Positions 47,274 through 56,430 are shown, counted from the stretch's first letter. The stretch is 64,000 nt of DNA from an uncultured Acidobacteriota bacterium (GCA_963741135.1 CAVUHC010000006.1:669760-733759), one strand, 5' to 3'. The notes: generated by a model from the letters alone, not told the origin. Made by a program: numbers and translations.

Positions 47274-49006
47274 GGCACGTCATCCGGCACTTCCCGACGC
47301 TCTGGCGGGCGAGCCGCCTCGCGCGACGGTGGTATTACGCCCGGCGGAACGCCTATCCGGACTGGCGGCAGGCATTGGCTGCGGATCGGGGTTTGTGGGA
47401 CTCGGCCCGCAACGCGGCACAGGGCGGGCCACGGGTGCTGATGGCGACCGCGATTGGGTCATATGCGCATGCCGTGACGCTCGAGAGTGCGCTTGCGGCT
47501 GCGTTGACGTTCCGTGGCGCGGAAGTGCACGCGCTGCTGTGCGACGGCACCATGACCGCCTGCGCCGAATGCGAGGCGTCGATGTATCCGAATCTTCGCC
47601 ATTTCGTTGATCACGGCCCTTCGCGCGATCTGTGCCGCGACTGCCGGTGGCCCGCCGAGCGTGTCTATCAGCAGCTCGGGCTGAAGGTGCACCTCATGGG
47701 CGACTGGTTGACGCCCGCCGATCGTGCCGAGGCAAGCCGCATCGCATCGTCACTGCCGCTGGATCAGATCGAAGACTTCGTCCTGGATGGACTGGCGATC
47801 GGCGAGCATGCGCACGCCGGTGCACTACGTTTTTTTGCGACCGGATCATTGGACCATGAGCCGCACGCCGAACCGATTCTGCGCCGGTACCTGGAATCGG
47901 CGTTGCTGACGGCGTCAGCCACGCGTCGCCTGATGCGCGAGGTGCAGTTCTCGTCGGCGGTCTTCACGCATGGCATCTACGTGCCGTGGGGAATTGTCGG
48001 CGAGGTTGCGCGCCACGAGGGCGTGCGCGTGTCCAACTGGAACGTTGCCTACCGCAAGCGGCGGTTCATCTTCAGCCACGGCGACACCTACCATCACACG
48101 CTCCTGAGCGAGCCGCGCGAACACTGGGAACATCTCGACCTCTCGGCGTCGCAGGAGCGCGAGCTGATGCAGTACCTCGCGAGCCGCCGCGAGGGGATGT
48201 TCGACTGGATCGTCTTCCATCGCCCTACGAAGCAGGACCCGCAGGAGATCGCCAGGAAGATCGGCCTCGACCCGTCGAAGCCCGCCATCGGCCTGCTCAC
48301 CAACGTTGCGTGGGACGCGCAGCTTCACTATCCGGCCAACGCGTTTCCCAACATGCTCGAGTGGCTCGTGCAGACGTGCGAGTACTTCGCGACGCGGCCG
48401 GATCTGCAGCTGCTGATCCGGGTCCATCCCGCGGAAATCAGCGGCTTTCCGCCGTCGCGCCAGCCGATCCTCGCCGAGCTCCGCAAGCGCCTCCCGCGCC
48501 TCGCGTCCAACATCATCGTCGTCCCGCCCGAGAGCGGCCTGGGCACGTATGCGCTGATGTCGCTCTGCAACTCTGCCATCATCTACGGCACCAAGATGGG
48601 CGTAGAGCTGACGAGCGTCGGGCTGCCGGTGATCGTCGCCGGCGAAGCGTGGATCCGCAACAAGGGGATCACGCTGGATGCGACCACGCCGGACGAGTAT
48701 TTCCGGCTGCTCTCGCAGCTGCCGTTCGCGGAACGCCTTTCACCGCCGCAGCTCTCGCGGGCGCGGCGCTATGCGTATCACTTCTTCTTCAATCGCATGA
48801 TCCCGCTGCCGTTCATCGAGCCCAAGGCGGCCTATCCGATCTACCGGCTGAAGCTCGAGCGGCTGCAGCAGTTGCTGCCTGGCGCCTCACAGGGCCTGGA
48901 TACGATCTGCGACGGCATCCTTGCACAAGGGCCCTTCGTTCTGCGCGACAAGGGCAGCAGGACCCCGGCCATCATCGGGGCGCCAGAACCGTCCGCGGTT
49001 CAGTGA
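47270..49006 (+). CDS. Capsule-polysaccharide-biosynthesis-like protein (KpsC/KpsS-type HP-motif GT-B, tentative) with Cys cluster
   Basis: ATG 47270 overlaps TGA 47271-47273. LLIRVHPAE and AIIYGTKMGVELTSVGLPVIVAG follow the HP and donor-loop pattern. A Cys cluster (CDGTMTACAECE..CRDCRWP) is present. The family call is from memory of the pattern only. Confidence 0.55.
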   Translation: MRHVIRHFPTLWRASRLARRWYYARRNAYPDWRQALAADRGLWDSARNAAQGGPRVLMATAIGSYAHAVTLESALAAALTFRGAEVHALLCDGTMTACAECEASMYPNLRHFVDHGPSRDLCRDCRWPAERVYQQLGLKVHLMGDWLTPADRAEASRIASSLPLDQIEDFVLDGLAIGEHAHAGALRFFATGSLDHEPHAEPILRRYLESALLTASATRRLMREVQFSSAVFTHGIYVPWGIVGEVARHEGVRVSNWNVAYRKRRFIFSHGDTYHHTLLSEPREHWEHLDLSASQERELMQYLASRREGMFDWIVFHRPTKQDPQEIARKIGLDPSKPAIGLLTNVAWDAQLHYPANAFPNMLEWLVQTCEYFATRPDLQLLIRVHPAEISGFPPSRQPILAELRKRLPRLASNIIVVPPESGLGTYALMSLCNSAIIYGTKMGVELTSVGLPVIVAGEAWIRNKGITLDATTPDEYFRLLSQLPFAERLSPPQLSRARRYAYHFFFNRMIPLPFIEPKAAYPIYRLKLERLQQLLPGASQGLDTICDGILAQGPFVLRDKGSRTPAIIGAPEPSAVQ

Positions 49007-50794
49007 TTTACTCTTCCCTCGCATTTCTGATCTCGATGCTGGCGTGCGTGGCGCTGTGCGCGCTCGTCCGCCGGACGGCACCGGCGATCGGCGCGGTCGT
49101 GCCGCCTCGCGCCGATCGCTGGCACAGCGAGCCGACGCCGACGATGGGGGGTGTCGCGATCGCGGTTGCGAGCGGTGCTGGGGTTCGGAGTCATCGTCGG
49201 CCAGGCGCACGCCATGATTCCTCCCGCCGCGTGGCTGTCCGATTCCGCTCGCCGCGATCGCGATGTTCGTCGTCGGCGTCCTCGACGACCGGTTCCAGCT
49301 GTCGCCGCTCGCCAAGCTCGTCGCGTCGCTCATCATCGGCGCCTTCCTCGTGTTTTCGCTGACGCAGAAGTCCTGGCACGGCACTGCCGTGGACGCACAC
49401 GCTGGTCGCGACGATCTGGTTTGCCGGCGTCTGCCACGCCTTCAACCTGCTCGACAACATGGATGGTCTCGCCGCCGGCGTGGCACTGATCGCGGCGGGA
49501 TTCATGGCATGGCTGCTGGCCCAGTGGCTCGGCTCGCCTATCGCGCTGCTGCTCGTCGCCCTGTGCGGGGCGCTGCTCGGGTTTCTGTACTGGAACCGTC
49601 CGCCCGCGCGGCTCTTCATGGGCGACTGTGGGAGCCTCTTCATCGGGGCCGTGCTTGCCGGCGCATCGCTGATGCCGGTGCTGCAGGAGCGCACGGTGTT
49701 TCCGTGGACGTCAGTGCTGGTGGTGCTGATTCTCGTGGCGCCGCTGTTCGATACCGGTTTCGTGCTCGTCCTTCGGCGGTTCGCGGGCCGAAGCGCCACG
49801 CGAGGCGGCACGGACCACGTGTCGCATCGTCTCGTGTCGCTTGGCTTCTCCGAGCGGAGCGCCGTGCGGATCCTGTATCTCCTCGGCATCATCGGTGGAT
49901 GCGTCGCGTGGGCGCTGGTCAACGGCGGCATCGAGCAGATGTTCCCGCTGGCGGCGCTTCTGGCTGTTGTGGTCACGCTCATCGGCATCTACCTCGCGCG
50001 TGTACCCGCGTACAACGCGCAGGATTTCGCCGCGCTCGAGAGCTCGTCGTTCGCTCCGCTGCTCAAAGACCTGACGTTCCGCTGGCACGCCGGCGAGGTG
50101 ATGCTCGATCTGGTGCTGATCGCGGCGTGCTACTACTTTGCGTACCGCCTGCGGTTCGAGGGCGAGAGCCTCGATCACTTCCTGCCGTACTTCACGGCGT
50201 CGCTGCCGGTGGTGCTCGGCTGCAAGCTGGCTTCGCTGTACGGCTCCGGGCTGTATCAGCGGTCGTGGGAGACCTTCGGTCTCCGCGATGTCAGCGTCGT
50301 CCTGCGCGGTGTGCTGATGGGATCCCTGCTTGTCGGTGCTGGCGGCAGCGTATTTCTACCGGCTCGAGGGGTTCTCACGCGTGGTGTTCATGCTGGATGC
50401 GCTGCTGCTTACCGTGGCGATCATCGGCACGCGGGCATCCTTCCGGAGCATGAGCCTGATTGCCGCGTCCCGCAGCAAGCGGAGCCGCCGCGTGCTCGTG
50501 TACGGCGCCGGCGCGTACGGGCAGATGATCGTGCGCGAGATGCGCGCCAACCCTCAGTGGGATATGAACCCGGTGGCGTTCATCGACGATGATCCGATGA
50601 AAGCGCACCGCTGGATCCTGGGTGTGCCGGTCCGTGGAGCGCTTGAGCAGCTGGACGCCACGATGCGTCGCTACTCGGTGGACGAAGTGATCCTCAGCAG
50701 CCCGCTGATCAACGGTCAGATCGAACACCGGATTCGCAAGGTGTGCACGGATCTCGATCGTCCGGTTCGGCGGCTGCATATGAGCATCCAGTAA
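49003..50794 (+). pseudogene. WecA/WbpL-like polyprenyl-phosphate HexNAc-1-phosphate transferase fused to a TM plus Rossmann-like module of the CapD/WbpM/WbaP N-terminal type; at least 3 frame changes
   Basis: GTG 49003 overlaps TGA 49004-49006. HSEPTPTMGGVAI (ORF 47986 frame), VGVLDDRFQLSPLAKL (ORF 49263), NLLDNMDGLAAG.., MGDCGSLFIGAVLA and GGTDHVSHRL (ORF 49459) are present. Then come hydrophobic segments and RRVLVYGAGAYGQMIVREM..PVAFIDDDPMK..ILGVPVRG (ORF 50330..50794). Confidence 0.72.
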
Positions 50795-50800
50795 TCACGA

Positions 50801-50928
50801 AATGCAAAAATCAAAATGCAAAATGCAAACATTGAATAGTTTGCGCCAGCGGGGTGAAAGGCGTGGCGGCGTTCACCCCGTTTTTGCGTACGTGCGTTGT
50901 TTGCATTTTGCATTTTGAATTTTGCATT
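50801..50928. repeat. AT-rich 30-bp inverted repeat of TGCAAAA-type words flanking a 68-nt core
   Basis: AATGCAAAAATCAAAATGCAAAATGCAAAC (50801-50830) pairs with GTTTGCATTTTGCATTTTGAATTTTGCATT (50899-50928) at 29 of 30 positions. The core contains the terminator hairpin listed next. Confidence 0.85.
50850..50886 (+). terminator. Rho-independent terminator candidate
   Basis: The 9-bp stem CGGGGTGAA / TTCACCCCG has a 13-nt loop and is followed directly by TTTTT (50881-50885). It lies 56 nt after the stop at 50794. It is the only classic stem-plus-T-tract I found inside the + strand gene run. Confidence 0.6.
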
Positions 50929-52046
50929 CCACTCCCACACTCCGCATCGGTTTCGATGGCCACGGCTTCAGCTCCCCTGCCGCCGGCATCCGCCGCTATT
51001 CGATCGAGCTGGTTCGCGCGCTGCAGTCGCTCGGTGAGCCGATCGAGATCGTCGCGCTCGGGGGCAGGCAGGAATGCATTCCCGCCGGCGTCGAGCGCAT
51101 CTCCGAGTCGGCCCATCCCCGCAGCAACGCCGGCTGGGCGCTGATCGGGCTGCCGCGCACCGCGTCGCGCGCACGCGTCGATCTCATTCACGCCCCCGCC
51201 TACACCGCTCCTTTCTGGGCCGGCGTTCCCGTCGTGCTCACCATCCACGACGTCAGCTACGAAACTCATCCGGAGTGGTATCCGTACCGGCGCGACTGGC
51301 TGCGGCGGTACTTTTACCGGCGCAGCGCAACCGCCGCGGCGCGCGTGTTGACCGTGTCGGCGTTCTCCGCGTCGGAGATTGCGTCCGCGTATGGCGTCGA
51401 GCGATCGCGGATCACGGTCACCCCGCTCGGGGTGCACGCGACGTTCGGGGCGGGAGACCCGAACCTGGCGCCGGACCTGCCGGCACATGTGACGGCGCCG
51501 TTTCTCCTGCACGTCGGCGACCTGCACGAGCGGCGCAATCTGCCGATGCTCGTCGATGCGATGCTGGCCGCGCGCCGTCATTTCGGCGCAGTTGCCGCGC
51601 TGTCGCTCGTGGTGGCTGGCGTCGACCGTGGCGTCAGCGATGGCCTGTGTGCGATGGCCGCGGAGGCGGGGGCGCCCGACGCGGTTGTCGTGCTTGGCGT
51701 GGTCGACGAGGATCGGCTCCGCGCGCTCTACCGTGGCGCCACGGCTCTCGTGTACCCGTCCTTGTACGAAGGATTTGGGTTGCCGCTGATCGAGGCGATG
51801 GCCAGCGGAACGCCGGTGCTTGCCTCGCACGAAGCGTCGATCCCCGAGGTGCTTGGCGGCGCCGGCATGCTGCTCGATCCTCATGATGTGTCCGCATGGC
51901 GAGACGCGATTGTCCGCGTGGTCAACGACGAGTCACTGCGTGACGACCTGCGCGGGCGGGGGCTCGCGCGCGCGGCCACCTTCACGTGGCAGCGCACGGC
52001 CCGGCTGACGCTTGACGTCTATCGAGAGGCGGTCCGTGCAGCCTGA
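50922..52046 (+). CDS. GT4-family (GT-B, retaining-type) glycosyltransferase
   Basis: LRIGFDGHGF..AGIRRY, VLTVSAFSASEI, FLLHVGDLHERRNL and VYPSLYEGFGLPLIEAMASGTPVLAS (E-x7-E) are present. The TTG 50922 start lies in the right arm of the AT-rich repeat. Confidence 0.85.
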   Translation: MHSTPTLRIGFDGHGFSSPAAGIRRYSIELVRALQSLGEPIEIVALGGRQECIPAGVERISESAHPRSNAGWALIGLPRTASRARVDLIHAPAYTAPFWAGVPVVLTIHDVSYETHPEWYPYRRDWLRRYFYRRSATAAARVLTVSAFSASEIASAYGVERSRITVTPLGVHATFGAGDPNLAPDLPAHVTAPFLLHVGDLHERRNLPMLVDAMLAARRHFGAVAALSLVVAGVDRGVSDGLCAMAAEAGAPDAVVVLGVVDEDRLRALYRGATALVYPSLYEGFGLPLIEAMASGTPVLASHEASIPEVLGGAGMLLDPHDVSAWRDAIVRVVNDESLRDDLRGRGLARAATFTWQRTARLTLDVYREAVRAA

Positions 52047-53038
52047 CGTCTCGATTGTGATCGTGTCGTGGAACGGGCGGCAGCACCTCGAGACGTGCCT
52101 CGCGGGCGTCGCGGCTCAGATCGGCGTGGCGAGCGAAACGATCCTCGTCGACAACGGTTCTACCGATGGCACGGCGGAGTTCGTGCGCGAGCGATTTCCC
52201 TGGGTCAGGCTCGTGCAGCTTGCCGGAGAACCTGGGCTTCGCCGGGGGGAACAATGCGGGCGTCCGGCATGCTCGCGGGCGCTACGTCGCGCTGCTGAAC
52301 AACGACACCTCGGCGGATCCCGGCTGGCTGCGCGCGTTGCGCAGCGGCGTCGACGAGGGCACCGGCTACGTGCTCACGACGTCGCGCATCGTCTACATGC
52401 ACGATCCGGAGGTGATCGACAGCGCGGGCGACGGCCTTCTGCGGTGGGGTGGCGCGTTCAAGCGTCACCATGGTGAGTCCGCGTCGGCCGCGACCGAGAC
52501 CGAAGAGGTCTTCGGCGTCTGCGGCGCGGCCTGCCTGATGCCAAAAGCGGTGTTCGACGAGCTTGGTGGCTTCGACGAAGACTTCTTTGCGTCGCACGAG
52601 GACGTCGACCTCTCGTATCGCGCGAGGCTTCGCGGATACCGCTGCCGCTATGTCGCCAACGCGATCGTCCGCCACGTCGGCAGTGCGACGCTCGGCACCG
52701 TGAGCCCGTTCTCCGTGTTCCACGGACAGCGCAACCTGGAATGGGTGTATGTGAAGGACACGCCGGCGAGTCTCCTGGTTCGGACGCTACCCGGACACGT
52801 GGTCTATGACATCGCGGCGGCCGTGCACTTCGCGCGTATCGGCATGCTGCGTCCGTACATCCGCGCCAAGGCCGCGGCGTTTGCGGGGTTGCCGCGGATG
52901 CTCGGAAAGCGCGCCGCGATTCAGCGCGGCCGCCGCGTCGGCGCCGCCGCTATCGCTCCGCTGCTCGATACGCGCTGGCTTTCCACGAAATTGCGCGAGA
53001 AGCGCTTCGATGGGCGACTGGCGGCGGGGGCGCCATGA
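52036..53038 (+). pseudogene. GT2-family glycosyltransferase; one frame change near 52215-52235
   Basis: VSIVIVSWNGRQHLETCL..ILVDNGSTDGT is in ORF 52012... ENLGFAGGNNAG, LLNNDT, GVCGAACLMPKAVFDELGGFDEDFFASHEDVDLSYRARLRG is in ORF 52166..53038. Confidence 0.8.
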
Positions 53039-53911
53039 ACCCCCCCGAGATCGCGGCGATCCTCGTGAACTACAACGCCGGTGGCGAGCTCGCGCGGGCC
53101 CTTCGATCGATAGCCGATGAGATGGTTGGCCGTTCGTGGGAAGCGTTCGTCGTCGACAACGCCTCGAGTGATGGGAGCGGGGCATCGGTGGCCGACTTTG
53201 CGCCGATGGTGCAGCTTGTGCAGAACACGGCGAATGTCGGCTTCTCGCGCGGCGTCAACCAGGGGCTTGCCGTATCGACGGCGCCCCTCGTGCTCATCAT
53301 GAATCCCGACTGCAGGCTGGTCGCGGGGGCGGTCGCGACCCTGCGTAGCGTCCTCGACGCGCACCCGGACTGCGCGATCGTCGGACCGCGGATCCTCAAC
53401 CCGGACGGATCGGTGCAGGGAAGCGCGCGTGGCGATCCCGACATGTTGACCGGCCTTTTCGGGCGCACGGCGCTGCTGGGCAGGCTCGTGCCGTTCCTCC
53501 CGGTCGCGAAGCGCAACGTCGTCGCAGAAGAAGCGATCCGCAGCGGGGAACAGAGCGTGGTGGTGGACTGGCTGTCTGGCGCGTGCATGCTCGCGCGCCG
53601 GACGGCGCTCGAACAGGTGGGCGGCTTCGACGAGCGGTTTTTCCTGTACTGGGAGGATGCGGACCTATGCCGGCGGTTGAGAGCTACGCGGCCATCACGT
53701 GCGGTATGTACCGGCCGCGACCGCCATCCATCGCGTCGGCCAGTCGAGCCGCACTGCGCGGACGTTCGCGATCCGCGCGTTCCACAGGAGTGCGTATCTG
53801 TACTACGCGACGCACGTGGCGCCGGCGCCGCTGAACCCGAAGCGCGCGCTCGCGCGCGCCATTCTGAATACGCGGTGCTGGTTTCAGGTGGTTACGAATG
53901 GATTCCGGTGA
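53035..53911 (+). pseudogene. GT2-family glycosyltransferase; one frame change near 53680-53700
   Basis: ATG 53035 overlaps TGA 53036-53038. IAAILVNYNAGGEL..FVVDNASSDGS, NVGFSRGVNQG, IMNPDC and WLSGACMLARRTALEQVGGFDERFFLYWEDADLCRRL are in ORF 53035... VRYVPAATAIH.. is in ORF 53699..53911. Confidence 0.8.
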
Positions 53912-54086
53912 TCTTCATCGCCGCGGCCAGCACCCGATCGCGCATGTTGATCGTTCGCTTGCGCGCCCATCGCGCCTGTTTCTGAACCTTCTTGAACCGC
54001 TTCCGCGTGCGCTCTCGCAGCTTCTCGATGACCGGCGTTCGCGGAGTTTCGTTGACGGCCGCCGCGACGAATTCATCCTTCGTCAT
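53892..54086 (-). CDS. Small (64 aa) Lys/Arg-rich protein immediately downstream of A9
   Basis: Its ATG lies 2 nt after the A9 stop (TGATCATG on the - strand). The central stretch IEKLRERTRKRFKKVQKQARWARKR resembles in composition the charged tails fused to A3, A5 and A6. The 3' end overlaps the convergent GT2 by 20 nt. That it is coding is plausible but unproven. Confidence 0.45.
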   Translation of the reverse strand: MTKDEFVAAAVNETPRTPVIEKLRERTRKRFKKVQKQARWARKRTINMRDRVLAAAMKITGIHS

Positions 54087-54088
54087 GA

Positions 54089-55636
54089 TCAGGCGCTTGC
54101 CGCGTCCGTACTGGGTGAATTGAACCAGGCGGTCGAGCGCAGCACCGGCGATGACCGGACGAGCGTATGCCTGCCCAGTGTAGGGGCGGGTCTTAGGCCC
54201 GCCCCCGTCTTTAGACCCGTCCCCGCCGCAGCCGCGGTGCGACCCGCTCGAGCCAATTCTTCGACCGCATCCGCGAATACCGGCGTCGCCGGCTGATCCA
54301 GGCCCCGCGGGCGTACGAACGCGTGGAGGAACCGGCGCTGCCGCTCCTCGTGGTCGGACAGCCCTCTCAACGCACCGGCCAACTGCGTCGCGTGCTCGTC
54401 GAACTCTCGTCCCGCCTCGGCAACACCCCCGCCCACTTCCGTCAGGTACCGGAAGTGAATCGTTCCCGCCTGTGTCCCCGAGAATTCGTCGGCCAGGATC
54501 GCGTAGACCGGACGGCCGATAATTCCCGCCTCGATGAATGCTGACGTATTGATGCCGACGACGGCGGAGCTGTAATAGAGCGCGTCGAAGTACTCCGCTC
54601 TCGAATCGTCATCGATCGGGTACGCGGCGCCGGCGCCGGCCGTCCCGACGCGTCCGGAGAGCGCCACGTTCTCGAAGCCCGAAAGGTCGACGTCGTTCCA
54701 TTCCTGCAGACGCCCGGGGTGTGGCCGCACGAGGATTGCGGCGTCCCGCAGAACCGGATCCGCGCTCGCGCGCAGGTGCCGGATCCACCGGACCACGAAT
54801 TGCGCTTCCGGCGGGCTCTTCCACACCATCGTCGAGCACACATACAGCACGTAGGGACGGTCGACAGGCAGGCCCACGGCCCCGCAAAACTCCTCGCGGG
54901 ATCGCGACGGCTTCCGGTCGAACCAACGATCGAAGCATTGCGCGCCCGATACGACGACACGTCGAGGGGGGACGTGGTGCAGTGCCACCGCTTCGTTCTT
55001 CTGCGTTTCGTTCCAGACGAAAACGCGATCCGGCAGATCCCGGAGCAACGCCTTGCTGGAGAGGTTGTCCCAGCTCCAGACGCAGAAGCCCGTTGGAATG
55101 CCGAGCTGTTTCGCGGCGGCGACATAGTCGAGCTGACTCGACGTCACGATCCCGATGAGCGGTGTGATCAGCAGCGCATCCGGTCGTGTCGCGCGCAGGT
55201 ACTCGGTGATGGCCTCGCTTGGCGGCGACGCGCGTTCGAGCCGCTGTAGCGTCAGCCGGATCATCGCGCGTCCTGCCGCCGTCTTCATGCCCGGGAGGTC
55301 CAAGAGCCGCAGCAGGCCGACAGGCACGCGATCCTCCGAGCGCATTCGCAGTCCGGGCATCCCGCGGTAGGTCGGTTCGAGGTAACGCAGGTAATCGAAT
55401 CCCGTGCGGATCCGCTGCACCACGTCGCGATACCGATCCTTTTCGCGCGCTGGCAACGTTCCGACCGTGACGTTGGTGTGCTGACTCGCGATCGCTTCGA
55501 CGACCGCTTTGGCCGGATCCCGATCGCTGCGTTCGGCCGCGATGTGGACATCGTGCCCCCGCGCTGCGAGCTCGCGGATGACCGGCTCGAAGTTGCGCTC
55601 ATAGCCGAAGTGCAGGAGGCAGAACAGGATCTTCAT
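54089..55636 (-). CDS. Family-A paralog A9, intact frame (515 aa from MKILF)
   Basis: MKILFCLLHFGYERNFEPVIRELAARGHDVHI, WSWDNLSSKALL, VSGAQCFDRWF, LYVCSTM, ILVRPHP, AEYFDALYYSSAVVGINTSAFIEAGIIGRPV, QAGTIHFRYL and FLHAFVRPRG are present. ATG 55636 forms an ATGA overlap with the formyltransferase stop. The last ~50 codons run through a REP element. Confidence 0.82.
   Translation of the reverse strand: MKILFCLLHFGYERNFEPVIRELAARGHDVHIAAERSDRDPAKAVVEAIASQHTNVTVGTLPAREKDRYRDVVQRIRTGFDYLRYLEPTYRGMPGLRMRSEDRVPVGLLRLLDLPGMKTAAGRAMIRLTLQRLERASPPSEAITEYLRATRPDALLITPLIGIVTSSQLDYVAAAKQLGIPTGFCVWSWDNLSSKALLRDLPDRVFVWNETQKNEAVALHHVPPRRVVVSGAQCFDRWFDRKPSRSREEFCGAVGLPVDRPYVLYVCSTMVWKSPPEAQFVVRWIRHLRASADPVLRDAAILVRPHPGRLQEWNDVDLSGFENVALSGRVGTAGAGAAYPIDDDSRAEYFDALYYSSAVVGINTSAFIEAGIIGRPVYAILADEFSGTQAGTIHFRYLTEVGGGVAEAGREFDEHATQLAGALRGLSDHEERQRRFLHAFVRPRGLDQPATPVFADAVEELARAGRTAAAAGTGLKTGAGLRPAPTLGRHTLVRSSPVLRSTAWFNSPSTDAASA
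54180..54225. repeat. GTAGGGG-hairpin REP unit lying inside the 3' end of the A9 ORF
   Basis: GTAGGGGCGGGTCTTAGGCCCGCCCC has the stem GGGGCGGG / CCCGCCCC and is followed by a half-copy CGTCTTTAGACCCG. On the - strand it is translated as ..TGLKTGAGLRPAPTLG.. Confidence 0.65.
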
Positions 55637-56424
55637 GCGAGCGCCAGCGCGGCGTCGCGCTGCGCGCGATTCGCCAGGTAGTCCGGGATCATCCCGTCGC
55701 TGAAATTGCGGTAACACTGCCGCACGGCCTCGGCGGTGAAGTGACGCCGCAGGTAGAGGCGTCCATCGCGGCCCTGCGGTGTTGCGGCGACCGGCTGCTG
55801 GACGTGCGCCGAGGCAACCTGTGCCAGCACTGCGGCCGCCGAGATGATCGTGCGATTGCCCACATCGTGAGGGCCGTCGGTGGCCTGCATCTCAGGACGC
55901 ACGTGCGCGATGATCGGACCGCTGTCGATTCCGGCATCGATGTAGTGAATCGTCGCGCCGACGTACTCCGGTTCGCGGTTGACGAGCGGCCAGAAGTTCG
56001 TCCCCGATCCGCGGTAGTACGGTGACAGGCCAAGATGGAGGTTGATCAAGTTTCGGCGAAACGACGTGATCACCTCGTCGCGCAAAATCTCTGTTCCGAA
56101 CACGAGCACCACATCCGGCGCAAGCGCGCGCATCGCGGCCACCTCCGACGGCTCGTTGCATCCGCCTGGTCCCACCCCGCGACGAATAACCGCCGGGGAC
56201 AGCTGCCACGATTCGTGCGCGCCGAAGTATTCGCGCTCGGAGGCATCACGCCCGAGAAAATGACTGGCAATGGCGGCGCGGTCCTCGGGGGACCCGGGCA
56301 GCTCCAGCGGCGCGAACCGCTTGGCTTCCTGCCAGACGCCAACGACATCCAAGCGCGACGCGACCGCGTGCACAAGGAACAAATGGCGAAGCGACGTGCT
56401 GGTGAGAACGATGGCGCGCGCCAC
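55633..56424 (-). CDS. Formyltransferase-family protein (Formyl_trans_N-like)
   Basis: PDVVLVFGTEIL.., LINLHLGLSPYYRGSGTNFWPL and GATIHYIDAGIDSGPII give the pattern of the Fmt/PurN/ArnA N-terminal domain. Confidence 0.75.
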   Translation of the reverse strand: MARAIVLTSTSLRHLFLVHAVASRLDVVGVWQEAKRFAPLELPGSPEDRAAIASHFLGRDASEREYFGAHESWQLSPAVIRRGVGPGGCNEPSEVAAMRALAPDVVLVFGTEILRDEVITSFRRNLINLHLGLSPYYRGSGTNFWPLVNREPEYVGATIHYIDAGIDSGPIIAHVRPEMQATDGPHDVGNRTIISAAAVLAQVASAHVQQPVAATPQGRDGRLYLRRHFTAEAVRQCYRNFSDGMIPDYLANRAQRDAALALA

Positions 56425-56430
56425 GGTGTG

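Noticed and set aside
50801-50928. The inverted repeats here and at 43626-43706, considered as termini of an insertion sequence or transposon.
   Set aside because: The arms enclose only 68 nt and 17 nt, with no transposase ORF. I noticed no target-site duplications. A MITE-like origin remains possible but cannot be supported from one window.
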